Virus record (IMG/VR): IMGVR_UViG_3300028920_000055
Coordinates: 1-64,000 of that record
DNA from: a virus
DNA length: 64,000 nt
Direction: 5' to 3' (one strand)
Numbering within the stretch: the first letter of the stretch is position 1; every line of letters begins with the position of its first letter. A program made the position numbers and the translations under genes. Under the pieces are notes generated by a model. It searched no databases. It had not been told where the DNA came from and saw only the letters and a program-made list of their open reading frames with translations. Shown here in pieces: positions 9,307-16,900 of this stretch.

Positions 9307-9747
9307 AACTTTACAAGAAACAGAGTCAAGGCTATTAACGCCGATATTAAATCGGCACTAAACAAGATCGGAAAGAAGTACCAATGTACAATTACATTGG
9401 GCAGTACAACATTCACTTCTGCCGATTTTAAAACTCGTATCTTAGGATACGCCACCACAAACGATGGACAGCCATTGTCCAGGGATGATCTCATCAGACA
9501 GGAAGTGACCCGAAACTTGGAACAAGGTTCAGGTATCGCACTTGGATTAACAATTGATCACCAAGGAACAGTATTCACCTATGGTGGACAAGCATACAAG
9601 TTTCTGGGAATCAAGCCAAGCTACAGGAAGTATCCCATCGTTGTTGAAAGAACTTACGACAAAGTACTCTTAAAACTCCCGGTATCGGCTTCATCAAACA
9701 TCATTAACGCTTCAATGACCAAGAGAAAAAAGGTTGCCACCAAATAA
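9304..9747 (+). CDS. hypothetical phage protein
   Basis: AAGGAG RBS; C-terminal F.Y.G..YK..GI....RKYPI motif common in phage hypothetical proteins. Confidence 0.7.
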   Translation: MNFTRNRVKAINADIKSALNKIGKKYQCTITLGSTTFTSADFKTRILGYATTNDGQPLSRDDLIRQEVTRNLEQGSGIALGLTIDHQGTVFTYGGQAYKFLGIKPSYRKYPIVVERTYDKVLLKLPVSASSNIINASMTKRKKVATK

Positions 9748-9781
9748 CACAATAACTAATAACAACAGAAGGAGAAACATC

Positions 9782-10306
9782 ATGTTACAATCAATTTGCA
9801 GCAGGGAAGGGTGTAACAACAAGCGAGCATCCAATTCCAAGTATTGTGTCCAACACAAAAAAGAAGCAAGACAACACTGGTTGGACATGATCAAGGAACA
9901 AGGAGCGGAAAGAGAAAGACAACAGGCTTTTTTCAAAGAAGTCTTTGACGAAGCACACAGGCTGGGCCAAATAGCAGCAGCCGATCACACACCCACTCCA
10001 ATGGTGGTACAAGAACACACCAACCAATTGGACGATAATTCTCCGGTAAAACAACAATGGATAGTAGGCGGAGGTGTTTGCGGCTTTGCGTGGGTGATTA
10101 TAAAGCCTGGTAATTGTGCAGCCGCTAACTACGCCAAGAAACACTGTGGCGCCAGCAAACACTACTACGGTGGAGTATCCATTTGGGTAGGCGAGTATGG
10201 ACAATCAATGGAACTCAAACAGGCCTATGCAAGAGCTTTCGCAGATCACCTTGCAAAACACCTGGGTGATAAAGTAACAGTTTACGCCGGATCAAGAATG
10301 GACTAA
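9782..10306 (+). CDS. conserved hypothetical phage protein
   Basis: Start placed after the duplicated leader; PMVV...GGVCGFAWV.IKP...QSMELK.AYA.AFA motif. Confidence 0.75.
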   Translation: MLQSICSREGCNNKRASNSKYCVQHKKEARQHWLDMIKEQGAERERQQAFFKEVFDEAHRLGQIAAADHTPTPMVVQEHTNQLDDNSPVKQQWIVGGGVCGFAWVIIKPGNCAAANYAKKHCGASKHYYGGVSIWVGEYGQSMELKQAYARAFADHLAKHLGDKVTVYAGSRMD

Positions 10307-10321
10307 CAAGGAGAAAGTACA

Positions 10322-10489
10322 ATGGAAGAAAAGGAAGGAAAAAGAGTATACATCGTCCAAGGATGGAACAAGAACAAGGAAAAGGTTTACAGTACAGCAT
10401 CCAATTTTGGTGACGCTCTAATAGTATTGGACAAAGCTATCGGAAGGCTCGATAAACAACAAATCAAATGGGCAACACTCGACATTTAA
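10322..10489 (+). CDS. small hypothetical protein (55 aa, not in ORF track)
   Basis: AAGGAG RBS; MEEKEGKRVYIVQGW...ATLDI-stop fills the gap. Confidence 0.55.
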   Translation: MEEKEGKRVYIVQGWNKNKEKVYSTASNFGDALIVLDKAIGRLDKQQIKWATLDI

Positions 10490-10501
10490 GGAGGCCAACA
10501 A

Positions 10502-10843
10502 ATGAAATACGTAATCACGAGACAACTTCAATGGCCAACAGGTGAATTGGTAGTAGAAGTTTCAACAGGCGGAATGGACTACACCAATCCAGATGCCTTG
10601 GCACCAATGTATCCCAACGAGATGGTTGAACTTACATTTAAGGAGGTGGAACAGTCAGCAATAAACATTGTTGAGAAGTGGCAAACAGACATCAACAGTG
10701 GGAAAACAAGATTCAATGGTAAAACAGTCAAGCTCGGATTCGGATCAACATTGGGCTTCACAATGCCATTTCAAGGAGAAGAATTCGACAAAGAAATATT
10801 AAAAGAGTTCAAACAGTGGCTCAGAAACACAAACAAGGAGTAA
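10502..10843 (+). CDS. hypothetical early protein
   Basis: TAAGGAGG RBS. Confidence 0.65.
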   Translation: MKYVITRQLQWPTGELVVEVSTGGMDYTNPDALAPMYPNEMVELTFKEVEQSAINIVEKWQTDINSGKTRFNGKTVKLGFGSTLGFTMPFQGEEFDKEILKEFKQWLRNTNKE

Positions 10844-10849
10844 CACACA

Positions 10850-11161
10850 ATGATCAAACGATTTTTCGCTAAAATCCGGAGTGACAGGAGTAAGAACACA
10901 CTCACAAGTTGTGGAGACAATTATCTATTTGTCAAAATGACCGGCTGTCACATCGGGGCTACAATTACCATGTGGCCAACAAGGTATGGAGGGGATCACA
11001 TAACAATCACCGTTACACCAGGTTCAGTTGGAGAAACAACAGGAGATGAATCGGAACAGATCATTTTTGAGAAAACAGTGAAAGGCCCACAACCGGGCGA
11101 CTACAAAACAATAAGAAGGCTCAAGAAACATTTGAGAACTTTGGAAGGAGACACACAATGA
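10850..11161 (+). CDS. hypothetical early protein
   Basis: AAGGAG RBS. Confidence 0.6.
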   Translation: MIKRFFAKIRSDRSKNTLTSCGDNYLFVKMTGCHIGATITMWPTRYGGDHITITVTPGSVGETTGDESEQIIFEKTVKGPQPGDYKTIRRLKKHLRTLEGDTQ

Positions 11162-11859
11162 GCAATCATGTGATATCGATTCAATTTACAGGTGAGACCA
11201 AAGAATATCAGGTCTCTTTACAAGACAAAGGAAACATTACTGTATTTACAGAAAAGAATCATGCCAACATAGAGGAAATAGTTGACATCAGAGACCCGGA
11301 TTGTTTGTTGAAAGGGATCGAGAATGATGTGCACAGGGAGGTGGACCATTATCTTAGATATAAAGACACAGTACAAAGAACATTTGCGGAAATAATAAAA
11401 AAATACGCTCCGAGCGATGGTGAGGAAACAATCAATTCACAATTACAAGCCAGAAATTGTGGTGACACCATGCACCAATTAGCAGACATGTTAAAAGAGG
11501 AAGTAACAGAAGTGTTCTTCTTCTCTTTCCTACCAGAATACGAAAATGGAGATCCACGTCTCGCACAAGAGGAACGAGACAAGAAGGTACTCAACAACTG
11601 GATCAGAAATCACGAACCATTCAGAAAAGACAACACAGATAGAATAATTATCTATGCACAAGCCTTTGCCACAGACTGCGCCGCCAGGAATCAAAATCCA
11701 AAAGAATACACAGGAAAGCAACTGGCAGATCATGATCCAACAGACTACAATGAATTGACATTGGTACTTTTCCAAAGCAACGATTGTAGTCTACTCGAAG
11801 CCACAGACATCAACTTTGCGGAGCTATTTCACAAGCTCGAACTTAACAATCCATTTTAG
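11158..11859 (+). CDS. hypothetical early protein
   Basis: ATGA coupling, AAGGAG RBS. Confidence 0.65.
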   Translation: MSNHVISIQFTGETKEYQVSLQDKGNITVFTEKNHANIEEIVDIRDPDCLLKGIENDVHREVDHYLRYKDTVQRTFAEIIKKYAPSDGEETINSQLQARNCGDTMHQLADMLKEEVTEVFFFSFLPEYENGDPRLAQEERDKKVLNNWIRNHEPFRKDNTDRIIIYAQAFATDCAARNQNPKEYTGKQLADHDPTDYNELTLVLFQSNDCSLLEATDINFAELFHKLELNNPF

Positions 11860-11870
11860 GAGGAACAACA

Positions 11871-12317
11871 ATGACACTCAGCGAAGCAAAACTATTAACT
11901 CCTGGTGATATCATCTATCACAAGACACAAACCAATTATAATGGATCGTCACAACAATGGAGGATCAACGGGAAAGTCAAGACTTGGAAAACAAGGCCCA
12001 ACGAGGTACGAGTACCAATCAAGAGAGGGATGTACGAGTATGACTACTTAACACACAGGAACATGGACCAATTTAATACCGAATACGGCTCTTTGGTGAA
12101 AGTTGGGTCAAGAGAGAATGGTGATGGTTGTGGCATCGATTGGTTTGTGTTTAAAGGAAAAGTTTCTCTCGATAGAGCCTTGACAACATTGGGCTGGAGG
12201 GACTATGATCTACTTCCAATTTATAAAGGCCCAGGTAAGATGTTCCGAAACATTCCAATAATCTTTCACAAGGGAACAAGAACAATTGTCTACAGTCGCA
12301 GAGGGCTTGACATCTAA
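11871..12317 (+). CDS. hypothetical phage protein
   Basis: AGGAGG RBS; WRINGKVKTWKTRP...PIK.G.Y motif. Confidence 0.65.
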   Translation: MTLSEAKLLTPGDIIYHKTQTNYNGSSQQWRINGKVKTWKTRPNEVRVPIKRGMYEYDYLTHRNMDQFNTEYGSLVKVGSRENGDGCGIDWFVFKGKVSLDRALTTLGWRDYDLLPIYKGPGKMFRNIPIIFHKGTRTIVYSRRGLDI

Positions 12318-12332
12318 CAAAGGAGGTGCACA

Positions 12333-12623
12333 ATGGTAATGCAACAACTAACTACAGAAGATGTAAAGTGGCTGTTGAAAAGGGAAATAGACGATAGGGT
12401 AAGTAAGTACGAACAGTTGATGAAGACAACAATCCCTAAAACATCAACCAAAACCTACAAAACAAGAGCTATGTGGTTGATGGCTCGTATCAATCAAGCA
12501 TTGTCTATTCCAATTGGCGACGATCAATCAATTGACAGCTGGCGCAAACAACAGAAAGATTTACAAAAAGTAAAAGAGTACATCGGGTATTTAATCGAAC
12601 AATGTCAACGACACAACATTTAA
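12333..12623 (+). CDS. hypothetical early protein
   Basis: AAGGAGGT RBS. Confidence 0.6.
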   Translation: MVMQQLTTEDVKWLLKREIDDRVSKYEQLMKTTIPKTSTKTYKTRAMWLMARINQALSIPIGDDQSIDSWRKQQKDLQKVKEYIGYLIEQCQRHNI

Positions 12624-12635
12624 GGAGGTGGAACA

Positions 12636-12860
12636 ATGTCAAATACCAGAACTTACATTGACCACGCAAGCTACTACTACCACGTGGACTTTAACAATGG
12701 TAAAAAGGCAATGGTGGAGATACAAGAGGATGAACGCAAATCATTGCGCGTGGAACAGGTATGGCATACACATATCGGAATGAGCTTATCAGAAAAGGAA
12801 ACAAAAAAGGCGGAACATGAGGCTCTTACTCTTCACACCACTCGAATGAAACTATCTTGA
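12636..12860 (+). CDS. hypothetical early protein
   Basis: TAAGGAGGT RBS. Confidence 0.6.
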   Translation: MSNTRTYIDHASYYYHVDFNNGKKAMVEIQEDERKSLRVEQVWHTHIGMSLSEKETKKAEHEALTLHTTRMKLS

Positions 12861-12874
12861 AAGGAGGCACACCA

Positions 12875-13312
12875 ATGAGAAAGGTAATACATTTCACAAA
12901 TCTCGTCAAACAAGTGGAAAGTCTTGCCGTTCTATTAGCCGAGAAAGACCAAGTACCAAAGTCCAGTGGCTATCTTGTAGGAGCATTTTTCACCTTAATA
13001 TTTCCATTCGATAATTGGGTACACATCGAGGAAATACATCCTACAGGATTTAAAATTAGCAAGCAAGAATGGCTGGACATCGCCAAAATTGGACAGAAGT
13101 GGGACAACGAGCAAAATATAGAATTGGCGAAACAAGGGGAAATGACCTATTTGCCAGGAGGCGGTTGGTTGAACAGCGGGCCATCCAGTGAACAAGTCCA
13201 GGAACTCAACACAGTACTTTACTATACAGAGGACATCACTTGGGAAGACAAAGCAGACACATTCGAGTACAAGGTACTACCGGGCGTTCCATACAATGGA
13301 GACACACCATGA
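12875..13312 (+). CDS. hypothetical early protein
   Basis: AAGGAGG RBS before ATG 12875. Confidence 0.6.
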   Translation: MRKVIHFTNLVKQVESLAVLLAEKDQVPKSSGYLVGAFFTLIFPFDNWVHIEEIHPTGFKISKQEWLDIAKIGQKWDNEQNIELAKQGEMTYLPGGGWLNSGPSSEQVQELNTVLYYTEDITWEDKADTFEYKVLPGVPYNGDTP

Positions 13313-13713
13313 GCCTATTACAGAGAAACAAACAGGAGGATGTCCATCCATCGATCACTGGAAGGAAAGTCCTTAGAGCCGACATACTACGCGAATGGAT
13401 TAAGATGGAACAAGACGATAGTGACATCTCCACCGTATTCGACACAATGAAGGCTCTACCATCATCCTTCAAAGGATCGAGATTTGGACATGACAGTCTC
13501 CGGATAATGGGATCCAAGAATTTCATTAAATCTATCATGGCTCTATTAACACCATTAACTAAACTGGAAAACGATCACAGGAGACTCGAAATAATAATGA
13601 GAGAGCTGGACAACAATTGTATTCAGCCGCCTTATAACAAGGACAAGTCACATTGGGTACTCTACGTTCGCCTTATAAGGCGGGAAATATCACTTAACAC
13701 CACTCAACTATAG
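13309..13713 (+). CDS. hypothetical early protein
   Basis: GGAG RBS, ATGA coupling. Confidence 0.6.
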   Translation: MSLLQRNKQEDVHPSITGRKVLRADILREWIKMEQDDSDISTVFDTMKALPSSFKGSRFGHDSLRIMGSKNFIKSIMALLTPLTKLENDHRRLEIIMRELDNNCIQPPYNKDKSHWVLYVRLIRREISLNTTQL

Positions 13714-13724
13714 GGAGATCAGCT

Positions 13725-13946
13725 ATGGAAAGACAATCGGTAGAAAGCTCCAATCTTGGATCAGTAGGCTATGATAAGAAGACACAGACCTTGGAAGTCC
13801 AGTTTAAGAACAATGGACGAGTCTATCAGTACAAAGATGTCCCAAGCAAGGTCGTGAAACAGCTATTGGAAGCCGAATCAATTGGCTCTTATTTCCGAAA
13901 GAATATAGCCTACAGATACAAGTACAAGGAAATGAAACAACAGTGA
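13725..13946 (+). CDS. KTSC domain protein
   Basis: VESSNLGSVGYD...LEVQF...YQY.DVP......LL.A.S.GSYF..NI. Confidence 0.9.
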   Translation: MERQSVESSNLGSVGYDKKTQTLEVQFKNNGRVYQYKDVPSKVVKQLLEAESIGSYFRKNIAYRYKYKEMKQQ

Positions 13947-13952
13947 CCAACA

Positions 13953-13985
13953 GGGATAAGCTGGTCTAACCAACCGGCTTATCCC
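13953..13985 (+). terminator. hairpin ending the early block
   Basis: GGGATAAGCTGGT...ACCGGCTTATCCC; no U-tail on the + strand. Confidence 0.5.
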
Positions 13986-13988
13986 ATC

Positions 13989-14112
13989 TAAAAAATTACA
14001 CCAGACCAAAATCAACAATCGATTCGGGACACAGGGGACAAAACACAAAATATTTTTTTACTTTTCTCCGGTTTAAATTTAAAGCCGTCAAATCACAATG
14101 CACACGAGGCAT
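13989..14112. repeat. tripartite spaced motif, copy 2
   Basis: TAAAAAATTACACCAG-N17-ATTCGGGA-N75-CGAGGCAT, as at 6213-6336. Confidence 0.8.
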
Positions 14113-14322
14113 GGAAACCAAAAAATTTAGAACTTACAACAAACTATAACCTATTGACTATTAAGGACTTACTAAGTACTTAATTCTATTGACTATAGCT
14201 ATTTTCTATATACTATTATAAATAAAAGGGTTATATATAACTATATAATAGTTAATACTATAACTAAGTTTTAACTATTAACGATTAATTCGTTATTTTT
14301 AACGAAAAAAATAAACAGTGTC

Positions 14323-14420
14323 AAAAGCCGATTAGCACGTTATAGAACGTTAAAAGCCGGTTGCAAAACCCTATTATCAAAAGCCGGTTGCAAAAAGCCG
14401 ATTAGCACGTTATAGAACGT
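14323..14420. repeat. nested direct repeats
   Basis: AAAAGCCGATTAGCACGTTATAGAACGT x2 enclosing AAAAGCCGGTTGCAAAA x2. Confidence 0.85.
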
Positions 14421-14518
14421 CAAAACCGGTCAATAGTATATAGTTAGTCGTTAGTTGACCTTTTCCGGCTTTAACGTTTTTTCGCTAAAATCTTTTTTAA
14501 AAAAAAGTAAAAAATAGC

Positions 14519-14587
14519 TTGACAAAAAGATAATAGTTTATTATATTCCGTTAGTCGTTAGATTAGCGTTAGACGGTTCTTTGAAAA
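14519..14587 (+). promoter_or_regulatory. rrn-like promoter with UP element and boxA (cassette 1)
   Basis: TTGACA(14519)-17-TATATT(14542), A-tract upstream, GTTCTTTGAAAA at 14576-14587. Confidence 0.85.
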
Positions 14588-14633
14588 TCGTTCTATTTCC
14601 GGCTTTAACTCTTTTTTCAAAAAGGGGAAAGTT

Positions 14634-15014
14634 ATGAAAACCGAACCGAAAAAAGCCGAAAAGCCGGTTGCAAAAAGCCGAAAAAAGCCGGTTGCAAAAA
14701 GTCAATATATCGTTAACGTCAAAAAGGGAAATAAAACCCTTAGATTGACGGTTAACGATATTCAAAAAGCCGATTATCACGTTTTAAATTCGATAGCCAA
14801 ACTGGCAAACGTTTATTATCCCGGTTTCCAGTTTTTGCCCCGCGCGGGGAAAATATCCGTTATTATTTCCCCGAATAGCGCGGAATCTAAAAGGTTTCGC
14901 GCGGAAACCGAAAAAAAGGTCAAGGATTCTGCCGAACGTCAAAAAGCCGGTTTGACGGAATATAGAAAAACCCTAAGAGCGGAAAAGGAAAAGATCGACT
15001 CTTTTCTTAGTTGA
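14634..15014 (+). CDS. basic hypothetical protein (cassette 1)
   Basis: AAGGGGAAAGTT RBS, own promoter and terminator. Confidence 0.75.
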   Translation: MKTEPKKAEKPVAKSRKKPVAKSQYIVNVKKGNKTLRLTVNDIQKADYHVLNSIAKLANVYYPGFQFLPRAGKISVIISPNSAESKRFRAETEKKVKDSAERQKAGLTEYRKTLRAEKEKIDSFLS

Positions 15015-15076
15015 CCGGTCTAAGGGTTAGCACGTCAATTGACTAAAATCGGCCGGAAATAGAACGTAATAACGCT

Positions 15077-15113
15077 AAAAAAGCCCTATAGTTTAACTAT
15101 AGGGCTTTTTTTT
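15077..15113 (+). terminator. intrinsic terminator
   Basis: AAAAAAGCCCTATAGT-tta-ACTATAGGGCTTTTTTTT. Confidence 0.85.
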
Positions 15114-15332
15114 ATATTTTAACGTGAAAATCGTAAATATTAGCGTATATAGTTAATAGTTTATTATAAGTTTATATAGGGCTTTTTAAAATGCGCTATA
15201 TAAAGCCCTTAGTTAAAAGTATAGCGTTAATCGTTAATAGGGCTTTATATAGGGCTTTATAATCGTTAATAGTTTATAGTTAGTTGACCTTTTCCGGCTT
15301 TAAAAATAAACGAAAAAAAAGTAAAAAATAGC

Positions 15333-15401
15333 TTGACAAAAAGGTTTTAATTTATTATATTACGTTAGTCGTTAGATTAGCGTTAGACGGTTCTTTGAAA
15401 A
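15333..15401 (+). promoter_or_regulatory. rrn-like promoter with UP element and boxA (cassette 2)
   Basis: TTGACA(15333)-17-TATATT(15356), GTTCTTTGAAAA at 15390-15401; near-duplicate of the cassette 1 promoter/leader. Confidence 0.85.
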
Positions 15402-15446
15402 TCGGCTTTTCGGTTTTGCATAACGAAAAAGGAAAAGGGGAAAGTT

Positions 15447-15884
15447 ATGCAAAACCTAAATATTAATCTTTATCGTTTAAACGATTCCCAATTGACCGAT
15501 TATAGAAACCTTTTAGCAAAAGAGATATTAACCTTAGAATTGACGGAATCCTTAGATAAAGCCCTTTTTTCTCTTTTGACCGTTAAACTGGAAACCGTTA
15601 ATACTATGCTAACCCTTAGAAAAAAGGTTAGCACGTTAAATCGTAAAAGGTCAATTGACCGGTCAAAAAGGGTCAAATATTTTCGGGATTTAAAAGAGGC
15701 GGTAAAAGCCCTTAAAAAGGAACCGGCTTTAAATTACGTTATAGTATTTAACCCCTATATAAACGATTTTCGCAGAATAGAACGTTATTTGACCTATAGG
15801 GGAAAAGATTTAAAACCGGTTCTAAAAATCGGCTTTTCTTATTTAATCGGTTCTAACGAAAAAAAAGCGATAGCTTATAAATAA
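15447..15884 (+). CDS. basic hypothetical protein (cassette 2)
   Basis: AAGGGGAAAGTT RBS, own promoter and terminator. Confidence 0.75.
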   Translation: MQNLNINLYRLNDSQLTDYRNLLAKEILTLELTESLDKALFSLLTVKLETVNTMLTLRKKVSTLNRKRSIDRSKRVKYFRDLKEAVKALKKEPALNYVIVFNPYINDFRRIERYLTYRGKDLKPVLKIGFSYLIGSNEKKAIAYK

Positions 15885-15929
15885 CTAACTAACGTTATGC
15901 AAAACTGAAAAGCCCTATTAACGCTATAT

Positions 15930-15962
15930 AAAGCCCTATAGTCAAGCTATAGGGCTTTTTTT
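15930..15962 (+). terminator. intrinsic terminator
   Basis: AAAGCCCTATAG-tcaag-CTATAGGGCTTTTTTT. Confidence 0.85.
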
Positions 15963-16218
15963 ATTTCCGGTTGCAAAACCCCGGAAAGTATATACGGGAT
16001 TATTAAACTCTTTGCAAAACCCTATTATCAAAACCCTATTATCAATTGACCTTTTCCCTTATTAAATCCCTTTTTGCATAACGATTAGCAAAACCCTATT
16101 ATCAAAACCCTATAGGGTATAGTATACCCCAACAGCCTATTAGCTATTGACTATTAGCTATTATCAATTGACGGTTTTCAATAGTCAATTGACTATAGAC
16201 TATATACGCTATACTATA

Positions 16219-16253
16219 CCCTATACCCTATACCCTATACCCTATACCCTATA
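16219..16253. repeat. tandem (CCCTATA)5
   Basis: Five exact 7-mers. Confidence 0.95.
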
Positions 16254-16440
16254 GACTATTAACGTATATACTATTATTAACTAACTACGAATAGTTAGCT
16301 ATTATTAACGACTATAAACTATTAATAAATAGTATTAACTATAAACTATTGACTATTAACGACTTACAACAGGGGGGGTCTATTAACAATGTAGAGCTAA
16401 CGGGAAGCGACTAACAGCATATACCATTTTTACATTGGAG

Positions 16441-16519
16441 TGTTTTCGAATAAAACACAAGTTTTAATGTTACAATATAATGTTTTCGAATAAATGAGAC
16501 TATAATGTTTTCGAATAAA
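16441..16519. repeat. three direct repeats TGTTTTCGAATAAA
   Basis: Copies at 16441, 16481, 16506. Confidence 0.9.
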
Positions 16520-16751
16520 ACAATAAATGAAAAACATAAAAGGTGTTCGATGGTTTCGTTATATATATCTTTTCTATCCCTCTATAGGGGAGATTTTACG
16601 TATTTTATTACATTTTCTTACATAAATATTTATCCGGTCAGATCGATTTTTTTCTTTACTTTTAGCGGGTTTTTCCTTATATTTAGATAACGTTAACGGC
16701 TTAATTAATTACTATAGTATCTCCCAAGTTCCAGGGAGAGAGTACAATGGA

Positions 16752-16874
16752 CTTGCTTTAGCTCTTGGTAGGGCCGGTAGGTTCATACCCTACTGTAGCG
16801 AATGGTGGTTTTTCCCGTATCGGGTTTTTCCCACCTAACAGGCTATGTGGTTCGATTCCGCGTGAGTGGGTCCA
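16752..16874 (+). tRNA. atypical tRNA, anticodon CAT (Met/Ile2-like), with ~50-nt variable arm
   Basis: Acceptor CTTGCTT/GAGTGGG, TA, D-arm GCTC-TTGGTA-GGGC, anticodon arm CGGTAGG-TTCATAC-CCTACTG, T-arm TGTGG-TTCGATT-CCGCG, encoded TCCA end. Confidence 0.65.
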
Positions 16875-16900
16875 TTGTACTTCTATTGTAAGGAGGGATT

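Noticed and set aside
14320-14430. CRISPR-like array
   Set aside because: Repeats are nested and irregular, with no unique constant-length spacers; no cas genes are visible
16441-16560. Mini-CRISPR array
   Set aside because: Repeats are only 14 bp with unequal gaps (26 and 11 nt)
16505-16690. 61-aa ORF
   Set aside because: No RBS, overlaps regulatory repeats, low-complexity Phe-rich translation
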